Source of the DNA: an uncultured Bacteroidales bacterium
GTDB lineage: Bacteria; Bacteroidota; Bacteroidia; Bacteroidales; WCHB1-69
Assembly: GCA_900317715.1 (NCBI GenBank)
Contig: ONHS01000005.1
Location: 16,694-80,693, forward strand
DNA length: 64,000 bases
Direction of reading: 5' to 3'
This document shows positions 28,894-38,031 of this stretch, in pieces; within the stretch, counting starts at the first letter, position 1; every line of letters begins with the position of its first letter. The notes below the pieces were generated by a model. The model was not told the DNA's origin, did not search any database, and saw only the letters and a program-made list of their open reading frames with translations. The translations under genes and the position numbers were made by a program.

Positions 28894-29812
28894 AGATATG
28901 AGTACCAACCCGATAGAAGAATTACGTCACTTGGAGGCACCGGTCACCGAGAAGGAGTGGTCGGCGATTCTCCAGGACAAGCGTTATGTCCAGAAGTTTG
29001 GGCGGAAGCCCGGGTTCTCGCCGAAAGGCCGTGCCGGCATCATTGCGGGAGTCGTCGTCGCGCTCATTACCATCCCGATTTTGGTCAAAACACTTTCCCA
29101 CGAGTCTAAAGCCCCTGTTCAGGAAGCCACAACCACGACAGAAACGGTTGTAAACAAAGACATAGCATCTCAAAGCGCACCTAGTGAGCCTTCCTCTGTA
29201 GCAACGGTTTCGGAAAGTACGTCAACCGCTGCCACCCCTGCCAAAGTGAAGAACACCGCAGCGGCGGCTACGGCGGAACGCAGCACCGTGAATTCCGTCG
29301 TCACAGCCAGAACGCAACCCCTTGTGGCTGAAAGAACGAACGAGCCCTCTGCAGTTTCTGCATCGACCGTAACACCTTCGTCAGCGGTCGCCCCCACCAC
29401 TACTGAAGCCAAGATAGCCACGACCAAAGCCCAGCAAACATCCCAAACCATTTCTAAAAAGACTGAAAAAGAAGAAGTTGCCGAAGTCGTCACTCCGAAA
29501 TCCGAGCCCGAAGCCGAGCCCGAGGAGACCGAAGCCGATCAATTCTTCATTCCTTCGGCTTTCACCCCCAACGGTGACGGTTTGAACGATCTGTTTTACG
29601 TGAAAGCGAATTTTGAGCCGCGTAATTTTGAGATGACCATCATGAGCCGCAACGGCGACCTGTTGTTCCATTCCCGCGACATCAACATCGGTTGGGACGG
29701 ACAACTGCACGGCAGCACCCTGCCACATGGCATGTATGTCTATATCATCAAATACAAAGACAGCGAAGGGAAAGACCAAAAACAACAAGGACAAATACTT
29801 TTAATACCGTAA
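28886..29812 (+). CDS. Putative anti-sigma factor with TM helix, S/T/A-rich linker and T9SS type-B C-terminal domain
   Basis: N-terminal L..LEAPV.E.EW.AI; TM at about aa 50-67; low-complexity linker; FIPSAFTPNGDGLNDLF...WDG....GMYVY. Confidence 0.8.
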   Translation: MSKDMSTNPIEELRHLEAPVTEKEWSAILQDKRYVQKFGRKPGFSPKGRAGIIAGVVVALITIPILVKTLSHESKAPVQEATTTTETVVNKDIASQSAPSEPSSVATVSESTSTAATPAKVKNTAAAATAERSTVNSVVTARTQPLVAERTNEPSAVSASTVTPSSAVAPTTTEAKIATTKAQQTSQTISKKTEKEEVAEVVTPKSEPEAEPEETEADQFFIPSAFTPNGDGLNDLFYVKANFEPRNFEMTIMSRNGDLLFHSRDINIGWDGQLHGSTLPHGMYVYIIKYKDSEGKDQKQQGQILLIP

Positions 29813-31110
29813 TGACCCCCATAGACAGATCCATTCCCCCGAAAATCCAGCCGATAGAGGCTTTCTCCATGATGAAGCCTCGGCAAAATGCATTATCGAA
29901 CGGCATCCCCGTATTCTATTTTGACAATCCCAATTTGGACCTGATACACATTCTGTTACAGGTGAAAACAGGTTCTCTTTATCAGCCGACGAAGAACCTC
30001 TGCAACTTCGCCTATTCGCTGCTTCGGGAAAGTGCGCCCGACCTGCAGGCCGAGGAGGTGTCCGAAAAATTGGACTATTACGGCACCAACTTTACCGTGA
30101 ATGTAGGATTGGAAAACGTTCAGCTGACGATGTCGATGCCGAAAAACAACATCCCCGACATTCTTCCAATCATCGCATCTTTCTGTATATCACCGCTTTA
30201 TCACGAATCAAATCTACAAATCATGAAGGACAAGGAGGTGACGAATCTGGCCTACAACGAGCAGAAAACCGACTATTGCGCATGGCGGCTGATGTGGCGG
30301 GAGATGCTGGGCGACACCTACCCTGCCGTCTCCTGCTTTTCGACTCGCGAGACAATCAACAGCATCAGTACCCATCAATTACAGGCATTCCATAAAGAAA
30401 CTTTTTGTGCGGAAAGAGTCTCCCTTTTCGTTACCGGAAACCTGGATGCCGATACGGAAGCGATGATTGAACGCGTTTGGTCAGCGGTTCCCCACGGCAC
30501 GCCAGCACCTCTGTTGCCCGACATTCCCGTTACTCTACCGAGCAACCAACCCGTCTTCCAATCCATGCCAAACTGCATGCAATCCTCTCTGGTGCTGTGT
30601 TTTCCGTCCATGGGATTCAACGATCCTGAGCGTAGTGCCTTCTCGGTGCTGAGCACGCTCACCGGCGGCTACTTCAGCTCGCGATTGATGCAGAATTTGC
30701 GTGAACGACAAGGACTTACGTATGGCGTTTCCGCTTCCAGCACCTTCTTTGGACGTCAATCCATCTTTGCCATCAGCAGTGATGTAAACGCCGAGCAGAC
30801 CCAACGGGCCATTGACGCTTGCTTCGAAGAGTTGCAACGTCTTCAGCTCGAACCTGTTAGCGATGACGAGCTCACGATGGTGAAGAACTATATGGCGGGT
30901 ATTCAACTACGCGCCACCGACACTTCCGTGAACACCATGCTCAAATATGCCTACTGGTATCGATTCGGGTTGGACGAGAACGAAATGCATCGATATCTCA
31001 CTGAGATAAAAGATGTTACTGCCGAACAAATCATTTTTTTGGCAAAAGAGCATTTTTCTTACAATAAATTCACCCAAATCATCGTTGGTAAATATTTGGC
31101 TAACGAATGA
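29812..31110 (+). CDS. M16B peptidase family, non-catalytic subunit
   Basis: LSNG.PV and GGYFSSRLMQNLRE.QGLTYG motifs; no HXXEH; TAATG overlap with the upstream gene. Confidence 0.85.
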   Translation: MTPIDRSIPPKIQPIEAFSMMKPRQNALSNGIPVFYFDNPNLDLIHILLQVKTGSLYQPTKNLCNFAYSLLRESAPDLQAEEVSEKLDYYGTNFTVNVGLENVQLTMSMPKNNIPDILPIIASFCISPLYHESNLQIMKDKEVTNLAYNEQKTDYCAWRLMWREMLGDTYPAVSCFSTRETINSISTHQLQAFHKETFCAERVSLFVTGNLDADTEAMIERVWSAVPHGTPAPLLPDIPVTLPSNQPVFQSMPNCMQSSLVLCFPSMGFNDPERSAFSVLSTLTGGYFSSRLMQNLRERQGLTYGVSASSTFFGRQSIFAISSDVNAEQTQRAIDACFEELQRLQLEPVSDDELTMVKNYMAGIQLRATDTSVNTMLKYAYWYRFGLDENEMHRYLTEIKDVTAEQIIFLAKEHFSYNKFTQIIVGKYLANE

Positions 31111-33173
31111 AACGGATGAAAAAAAATATATTGTTTGTTTTGCTGATGGTCATGACTGTCAGTTGTTGGGCATGGCAACCGCCTAAGATGCAGTGCCTCA
31201 AGCTGATGAACAACAATCAGCGAATGAAAATGGCATGGAGCAGCAACGGGGATTGCATCCACTTCAAGGCCTACTATTTCTACATCAACAACGTTCTTTG
31301 CGACAGTCTTTTTGGCCATGTGGGTCAGACCCAGACATTTACATTGTGTGATTACGGTTCCAAAGACATCAACAACATCCCTCAAGCTGAAGAATATTTC
31401 TGTTACATCAAGGCGGTGGACTCCACAGGAGCTGCCTTTTATTCCGACACCATCCACTCTATCAGCATCACAGTGACCCCGATTGCCAACAACACGATGG
31501 CACGACTTGAGTGGGAGTCGCCCACCACCGTGCTGGACAATACTTGGGGCAATACCTTTGACATCTTCAAGAAACGTGAATTTGAGCCCGACTTCCCCCC
31601 TACCCCTTGTGCATCGGTGCCCAACACCCAATTCACTTACATCGACACCTCTGATGTTTGCGATGCCCTCATCTCTTATCAGGTGAGTATCACGAATTTC
31701 TACGGCGTAAACGAGCGTTGTCCCTTTATGACCACCATCGCTTCTGCGCATCTGATGGATAGTATCAGCCCGTCCGTCCCCATTTTGGACAGTGTCACGG
31801 TCACCCCCGACAATGAGGTCATGTTGGGTTTCCACGGCACGGAGCCTTACATGATGGCATACATCATCTATTACATCAACCCGAACGGCACCATCCCCTT
31901 CGATACGGTTTATGGCCAAACGTTTTGGATTGATCCCATCATGGACCCGAGTCTGGATTCTCGTTTCTATCGAATTGCTGCGATGGACTCTTGCGGGAAC
32001 GTCTCCGCACTGACGGATAACCAACAGGGTAACATGCGGTTAATGATGAATTCCACCGACGCATGCCGGAAATCCGCCTCCATCCATTGGAGTACCTACA
32101 CGAACCTCTTCAACGACATTTTGCGCTACGACGTTTTCCTCAGCGCTGACATGGGACAGAGTTGGAACCGCATCGGGAGCACCACGGAAACCCATTTCCA
32201 GATTGAGAATCTGCAGTTCAACCACGATTACCTTGCGTATGTCCGCGTGGTCAACAACGGTGAAACCATCACAGCCAGTTCCAACCGCATCAGATTCCAG
32301 ATTTCAGCGGAAGAAGCGCAGGATTTTTCCTACATTCGCTCCGTTTCGGTCATCGACAACCACCACATCCAAATCAAAGTGCTGACCAGCGGTGACACGC
32401 TTCCGTTTAAGACGATCACGCTCTTGCGCAGTGAAAATGGCACCGATTTTGAGCCTTTCAAGACTGTAAACCATATTTCAGGCAACAAAGAATACACCTT
32501 TTACGATAGTTTAGCGGATTTCAGCCGTCATTTGTACTACTATCGCACCTATTTGGTTAACGACTGCGGTGCTGACGTCGCCTACTCCAACATATCCCAC
32601 AACATTTTGCTTACCGGTGAGAACAACGCCCAAACCAACCTGCTCTCGTGGCACGCATACGAGAACTGGGACGGTGGCGTTTCCAACTATTATGTGATGC
32701 GGAAAGTGGAAAGTGAAGAGCTGTTCAACACCGTCGGAAACGTTCCTCCCGGCCTCCAGAACAATTATCCCGACGACATTTCATCCTTATACGAATCGGG
32801 ATCGAAATTTGTATATTACATTGAAGCCCAAGAAAATCCGAACAGCTATGGTCTTGAAGAGACCAGCTACTCAAACTATATCACGCTAATACAGCCCCCA
32901 TCATTGTATTTTCCTAACGCCTTTCGGCCTTTGGGAGCAAGCAACAACGTTTTCAAGCCGATCAACTCTTTTGTGTCTCTTGATGGGTACCGTTTCTCCA
33001 TTTTCACACGCACGGGAGAATGCATTTTTATCACCACCAATCCTCAGGAAGGTTGGGATGGCCGCATCAACGGCGTGGTCGCCCCAATGAGCGTCTATGT
33101 CTATTACGTTGAGTATAAGATACCTGACGGTACCATTTTAGAACAAACGGGCACGGTAACGCTGGTTAAATAA
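31107..33173 (+). CDS. Secreted beta-sandwich (Fn3/Ig-like) repeat protein with T9SS type-B CTD
   Basis: Signal peptide; repeated W...Y...R.....Y.D....Y.V modules; YFPNAFRP....N.VFKP...WDG....VYVY. Confidence 0.85.
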   Translation: MKRMKKNILFVLLMVMTVSCWAWQPPKMQCLKLMNNNQRMKMAWSSNGDCIHFKAYYFYINNVLCDSLFGHVGQTQTFTLCDYGSKDINNIPQAEEYFCYIKAVDSTGAAFYSDTIHSISITVTPIANNTMARLEWESPTTVLDNTWGNTFDIFKKREFEPDFPPTPCASVPNTQFTYIDTSDVCDALISYQVSITNFYGVNERCPFMTTIASAHLMDSISPSVPILDSVTVTPDNEVMLGFHGTEPYMMAYIIYYINPNGTIPFDTVYGQTFWIDPIMDPSLDSRFYRIAAMDSCGNVSALTDNQQGNMRLMMNSTDACRKSASIHWSTYTNLFNDILRYDVFLSADMGQSWNRIGSTTETHFQIENLQFNHDYLAYVRVVNNGETITASSNRIRFQISAEEAQDFSYIRSVSVIDNHHIQIKVLTSGDTLPFKTITLLRSENGTDFEPFKTVNHISGNKEYTFYDSLADFSRHLYYYRTYLVNDCGADVAYSNISHNILLTGENNAQTNLLSWHAYENWDGGVSNYYVMRKVESEELFNTVGNVPPGLQNNYPDDISSLYESGSKFVYYIEAQENPNSYGLEETSYSNYITLIQPPSLYFPNAFRPLGASNNVFKPINSFVSLDGYRFSIFTRTGECIFITTNPQEGWDGRINGVVAPMSVYVYYVEYKIPDGTILEQTGTVTLVK

Positions 33174-35319
33174 GCACCCTTTCGAAATCCATACGCCGTT
33201 TGATGATATCGACGGCCACGACGCGCACGCGGATAGGATCGCCAAAACGGAGGTTCTTGCCGTGGTGCAATCCTACAAGCGTATAGTTCTCTTCGTCAAT
33301 GTAATAGAAGTCGTCGTCGAAGCTGCGCATCGGGATCATACCCTCGCAGTGCGAATCCTTCAGTTCGGCATAGACACCCCATTTCGAGATGCCAGAAACC
33401 ACCGCATCGAATTCCTGTCCGATCTTGTCGGCGAGGTATTCAGCTTGTTTGTACTTGATGGAGTTGCGCTCGGCCTCCATTGCCTGCCGCTCCATATCGG
33501 AACAGTGCTTGCAATAATCCTCGTATTGATCTTTGTTGACCGATGGCTGATGGTCCAAGTATTTGTCTAGCAGACGATGCACCATCAAGTCCGGGTAACG
33601 GCGGATGGGCGAGGTGAAGTGGGTGTAATACGGGAACGCCAATCCGTAGTGACCGATGTTGTCGGTGGTATAGACGGCGCGCGCCATAATGCGGATGGAG
33701 AGTTTGCTCAGCATGTCGTAGTCGGGTTTGCCCTTTTCTCCTTCCAGCATCTTGTTCAGCGAACTACTGAAGGACTTCGTGGATGTGGTCTTGAGGTCGA
33801 AGCCCAATTTCTTGACGAAATTCTTGAAGGTGCCGAGCTTCTCTTCCAGCGGTTTGTCGTGCACACGATAGACGAAGACGAACTCGGGTTGTCCCACCGT
33901 GTGTTTCTTTCCGACCTTCTCGGCCACACGCTTGTTGGCTAACAGCATGAACTCCTCGATGAGCCAGTTGGCCTCTTTCTGTTCTTTGAGATAGACCCCG
34001 ATGGGTTTGCCGTTCTCGTCTAACTGGAACTTCACTTCCTCTGTTTCAAAACTGATGGCGTTATTGTCGAAGCGTTGTTTGCGCATCACCTGCGCCAGTT
34101 TGTGCAGTTGCAGAATCTCGTTGGAGAGATCGCCCTCGCCCGTTTCGATGATCTGCTGCGCCTCCTCGTAATTGAAGCGACGGTTGGAGCGGATGACGGT
34201 ATGACCGAACCACTCCTTGTGGACCTTGCACTTGTCGTCCAAATCGAAAACTGCACTATAACAGAGCTTGTCTTCGTCGGGACGCAAAGAACAGAGATTA
34301 TTGGAGAGTGCTTCGGGCAGCATCGGGATAGTGCGGTCCACCAAATATACGGAAGTGCCTCTGTTGTAGGCTTCTTGGTCGATGAGCGTGCCGGGCTTCA
34401 CGTAGTAGGAGACATCGGCGATGTGGATACCCACGCGATAGAGTCCGCTCTCCAGCAGTTCGAAGGAGAGGGCATCGTCGAAGTCCTTGGCATCGGCAGG
34501 GTCGATGGTGAAGGTGGTGACATCGCGGAAGTCGCGACGACGCAGGATCTCCTTTTCGGAGATTTCCGTCGGAATTTGCTCTGCCTCCTGTTCCACGTTC
34601 TTGGGGAAAGAAACAGGGAAGTCGCTCTCTGCGAGAATAGAGAGCATCTCCACATCATTACTGCCGGGCTTGCCGAGCACATTGACGACTTCGCCGATGG
34701 GGTTGCGGTGTTTTCCCGACCAATCGATGATGCGCACCACTACTTTATCGCCGGTTTTGGCTTTGCGTAGGTTCTTGCCGGGGATGATGACATCGCGACG
34801 CAGAATGGTATTGTCGGGCACGAAGAAGGCGATTCCTTGTTTGATGTGGATGGTGCCGACGAGTTGTCGTTTGCTACGCTCCACGACTTCAACCACCTGA
34901 CCTTCAATGCGTTTTCCTTTACGTGCGGGGAAGAGCACCACCTTCACGAGATCGCCGTTGAGGGCGTTGCCAAGGTTGCCGTCCGCCACAAAGATGTCGT
35001 CGATGGTAGATTCGTCAGGCGTGTCATTCTGTTTGCCCTGCGGGATGACGAAGGCCATGCCGCTGCGTTTCTGCTCCACACGCCCAATGATGTAATGTTT
35101 GCCCGTGGTCTTGGTATCCTGGAACTTGCTGTTCAGCTTGTACTTACCGCGACCCGCCTTCAGCACCACCTTGGCGTTGATGAGCTTTTCGAGGGCTTGT
35201 TTCACCTCTTCGCGACCCTTTTTGTCGAAAATCTTGATCTTGGCCGCAATCTGTTTGTAGTTCAGTTTCTCTGTGCTGTTCGCCAGCACGTCTATGATTT
35301 GTTTGTTTAGTTCTTGCAT
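33166..35319 (-). CDS. rnr: Ribonuclease R
   Basis: TIDPADAKDFDDALS, IEEFMLLAN and YTHFTSPIRRYPDL motifs; C-terminal S1 domain. Confidence 0.96.
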   Translation of the reverse strand: MQELNKQIIDVLANSTEKLNYKQIAAKIKIFDKKGREEVKQALEKLINAKVVLKAGRGKYKLNSKFQDTKTTGKHYIIGRVEQKRSGMAFVIPQGKQNDTPDESTIDDIFVADGNLGNALNGDLVKVVLFPARKGKRIEGQVVEVVERSKRQLVGTIHIKQGIAFFVPDNTILRRDVIIPGKNLRKAKTGDKVVVRIIDWSGKHRNPIGEVVNVLGKPGSNDVEMLSILAESDFPVSFPKNVEQEAEQIPTEISEKEILRRRDFRDVTTFTIDPADAKDFDDALSFELLESGLYRVGIHIADVSYYVKPGTLIDQEAYNRGTSVYLVDRTIPMLPEALSNNLCSLRPDEDKLCYSAVFDLDDKCKVHKEWFGHTVIRSNRRFNYEEAQQIIETGEGDLSNEILQLHKLAQVMRKQRFDNNAISFETEEVKFQLDENGKPIGVYLKEQKEANWLIEEFMLLANKRVAEKVGKKHTVGQPEFVFVYRVHDKPLEEKLGTFKNFVKKLGFDLKTTSTKSFSSSLNKMLEGEKGKPDYDMLSKLSIRIMARAVYTTDNIGHYGLAFPYYTHFTSPIRRYPDLMVHRLLDKYLDHQPSVNKDQYEDYCKHCSDMERQAMEAERNSIKYKQAEYLADKIGQEFDAVVSGISKWGVYAELKDSHCEGMIPMRSFDDDFYYIDEENYTLVGLHHGKNLRFGDPIRVRVVAVDIIKRRMDFERVLI

Positions 35320-35326
35320 TTTTGTA

Positions 35327-35370
35327 ATGGTTATTGGTTATTGGTTATGGGTTATGAGTTATGGGTTATC
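35327..35370. repeat. Heptamer array (GGTTATT/GGTTATG)n
   Basis: About 6 units filling the apbE-rnr spacer. Confidence 0.85.
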
Positions 35371-35374
35371 GCCT

Positions 35375-36385
35375 TCATCGCTTCATCACGAACTTCCCGT
35401 CGTCCCCCGCAATAATGAACCACGCTTCCAGCTCGGGGCGCTGCTTCACGATTTCGGCGGACTTTTCGTAGCCGAGCACCATAAAGGCGGTAGCGTAGGC
35501 GTCGGCGCTGGCACAATCGGGGGCGATGACCGTGACGCTCAGCAGGTTGGTGCGTTCAGGCTTGCCAGTGCGCGGGTCGAGGATGTGAGTATAGCGCACG
35601 CCGTCCTCCTCGAAATAGTTGCGGTAGTTGCCGCTCGTGGCCACGGCGCGATGGTCTTGCAGCTCCATTGATTCGAGACTCTCCTTATTGCCATCCGCTG
35701 TCTCTGTAGGTCTTTGGATGCCAACCTTCCAGGCCTCGCCGCCGTTTTCGGAATCGGTACCGTTCTTGCCGTTTCGGTCTCCGCGGGCCGCCACCTCCCC
35801 GCCAATCTCAACGAGACAGTTCGTATAGCCCCGATTCACTAACCAGTCGGCCACCTTGTCCACGGCGTAGCCTTTCGCCACGGCGTTGAAGTTCAGCTGC
35901 ACGCGAGGGTCTTTGCGAATAACTTTCTTCCCTTGAATATCAATAAGTTGAAAACCTACATACTCACGCACCGCCGCAAGGGTATCCTCGCCTACCGTAT
36001 GGCGCACGCCATCTTTGCCGAAACCCCATAGCTGCACCAACGGCTGTACGGTGCAATCGAAAGCACCTTCCGTAATAAGACTTACCCCTTTGGAAAGCTC
36101 CAGAACCTCTATAAAGTCGTCGTTCAGCTCGACATCTTCTCCTGCATTCCATCGGTAGATGATGGAGTTGGTATCGAAAATGGAGAACGTGTGCGACAGA
36201 TCCGCCAACAACGAGTCAATCTGCGCGTGCGGCAGCGGACGCTTGTCGTCGGGCTTTGTGACGCAAGTAATGGAATAGGTTGTCCCAAACACCTGACCCT
36301 CAATATGTTTTCGGACCGGTGTTTTGTAATGACAGGAGCTCAGCAGGATGAGCAGGGCGGAAAATATGCAGAGTGTCCTTTTCAT
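35375..36385 (-). CDS. apbE: FAD:protein FMN transferase (lipoprotein)
   Basis: Lipobox LSSC; FGTTY, AKGYAVD, EIGGE, ATSGNYR, HILDPRTG and ADAYATA motifs. Confidence 0.93.
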   Translation of the reverse strand: MKRTLCIFSALLILLSSCHYKTPVRKHIEGQVFGTTYSITCVTKPDDKRPLPHAQIDSLLADLSHTFSIFDTNSIIYRWNAGEDVELNDDFIEVLELSKGVSLITEGAFDCTVQPLVQLWGFGKDGVRHTVGEDTLAAVREYVGFQLIDIQGKKVIRKDPRVQLNFNAVAKGYAVDKVADWLVNRGYTNCLVEIGGEVAARGDRNGKNGTDSENGGEAWKVGIQRPTETADGNKESLESMELQDHRAVATSGNYRNYFEEDGVRYTHILDPRTGKPERTNLLSVTVIAPDCASADAYATAFMVLGYEKSAEIVKQRPELEAWFIIAGDDGKFVMKR

Positions 36386-36410
36386 AACGGACGTATGGGT
36401 GACAATGGAT

Positions 36411-36477
36411 GCGATACGTGGTCGTATGCGATACGCGGACGTATGCGATACGCCAGACGTATGCGATACGTCCCTAC
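36411..36477 (-). repeat. GTAG-type REP with tandemly reiterated CGTATCGCATACG palindrome, overlapping the rnfC stop
   Basis: Minus strand GTAG-GGACGTATCGCATACGTC followed by 2-3 further copies; the TAG is the stop at 36474-36476. Confidence 0.8.
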
Positions 36478-37892
36478 TTGGCATTGCGGGCGCGGATGAT
36501 GCCGCCGGTTTTGGCCTTACCGACGCGAATCATGTCGAGAATCGGACGGTTGGAGGGGCAGATGAAGGCGCAGGAACCGCATTCGATGCAGTTCATGATG
36601 CCGTACTTCTCGGTGTCGTCCCAACGTTTCAGATCCGTGAAGGTGTGCAGCATATAGGGTTCCAGTCCCATCGGGCAGACGCTCACGCACTTGCCGCAAC
36701 GCAGACACGGATGCACTTCGCCGCGCACACTCTCCTCCTCGTTCATGAACAAGAGGCTCGACATGCCCTTGGCGGTATAGGCGTTAAGGTTGGCGATGGC
36801 CTTGCCCATCATCGGACCGCCGGAGATGATCTTGCCGGTGTCCTCGGGGATGCCCACCGACTGCAGCACGCTCAGGATCGGGGTACCGATGCGCAGGCGG
36901 TAATTTTTGCACTGGTCGGGGCGCAGCGAACGGCCGGAGACCGTGGTGTAGGTTTGCACGATCGGTTTGTTCTTCTGCACTGCCAAATAGATGGTGTACA
37001 TCGTGGTGATGTTATTGACGATGCAGCCCACTGAAATCGGCAGCGCACCATTCGGGACGCTTCTGCCGGTGATAGCCTTGATGAGCTGTTTTTCAGCGCC
37101 TTGCGGGTATTTGATGCGCAACGGTTGCACTTCGATATTCGGATAGCGTTTTGCCGTCTCCATCAGCAACTTGATAGCGCGGGGCTTGTTGTCCTCAATG
37201 CCGATGATGGCCTTCGGGGCACCCGATGCGATGAGCGCGATCTCGATGCCGATCATGCATTGCTCACAACGCTCCAAAATCACGCGGTTGTCGGTGGAGA
37301 TATAAGGCTCACACTCTGCGGCGTTGATGATCAGGTATTCGCACTTCTGATCGGGTTTCAACATATATTTAATATGTGTCGGGAAGCAGGCGCCGCCTAA
37401 ACCCACGATACCGCGGTCTTTCATGCGCTCGATGATCTCTTCCTTGGTTTTCAGCTTGATGTCGTGGATGATGTCCAACGAAGTGTCAATGCTCTCGTCC
37501 CATTCGTCACCCTCGCGTTTGATTACCACGGCGGGTTTCTTATAGCCAGTGATGTCGGCCACCTGATCAACCTTGACGACGGTGCCGGAAATCGGGGCGT
37601 GGATATTGGCGCAGACGAAGGATTCAGCCTTGCCGATGAGCTGTCCCACCTTCACCTTGTCGCCTTTTTGCACGATGGGGGTGGCGGGGGCACCGAGGTG
37701 TTGGGTCATATAGACGACCGCTTCATCGGGCAGCGGGAAGGTCTCCACGGGTGCGGAGTGCGCGAATTTGTTGGCTTCGGGGTGCACACCGCCCATGCGG
37801 AAGGTCTTGTGGCTCATTTTTTTGACGTATTGAGCACTCTCTTTGATGTTGTCTTCAATTCTCTGTTCGAGGGTTGCGACTGTATTTTCCAT
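36474..37892 (-). CDS. rnfC: Rnf electron transport complex subunit C
   Basis: GGVHP, G.VGLGGA.FPT, NAAECEP and YPQGAEK motifs; two 4Fe-4S CxxCxxCxxxCP clusters. Confidence 0.95.
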   Translation of the reverse strand: MENTVATLEQRIEDNIKESAQYVKKMSHKTFRMGGVHPEANKFAHSAPVETFPLPDEAVVYMTQHLGAPATPIVQKGDKVKVGQLIGKAESFVCANIHAPISGTVVKVDQVADITGYKKPAVVIKREGDEWDESIDTSLDIIHDIKLKTKEEIIERMKDRGIVGLGGACFPTHIKYMLKPDQKCEYLIINAAECEPYISTDNRVILERCEQCMIGIEIALIASGAPKAIIGIEDNKPRAIKLLMETAKRYPNIEVQPLRIKYPQGAEKQLIKAITGRSVPNGALPISVGCIVNNITTMYTIYLAVQKNKPIVQTYTTVSGRSLRPDQCKNYRLRIGTPILSVLQSVGIPEDTGKIISGGPMMGKAIANLNAYTAKGMSSLLFMNEEESVRGEVHPCLRCGKCVSVCPMGLEPYMLHTFTDLKRWDDTEKYGIMNCIECGSCAFICPSNRPILDMIRVGKAKTGGIIRARNAK

Positions 37893-37917
37893 TTTGATTG
37901 ATTTTCGTTTGATGATT

Positions 37918-38013
37918 CCAGGGCTCACTGCGTTCGTCCTGGCTTTGTGGTTCCCTAGGGCTCGCTGCGCTCACCCTAGGTTGACATAGGTCGAGCTTTC
38001 AGCCCTTTTTGGA
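37918..38013. repeat. 60-bp two-hairpin REP-like element, copy 2, plus a partial extra hairpin
   Basis: Full copy at 37954-38013; partial copy CCAGGGCTCACTGCGTTCGTCCTGG at 37918-37942. Confidence 0.85.
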
Positions 38014-38031
38014 ATTAACCGTGTAACCGTT

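Noticed and set aside
36411-36477. Short repeated palindromes resembling a mini-CRISPR
   Set aside because: Units are about 16-19 bp with no unique spacers and no cas genes; they fit a reiterated REP.
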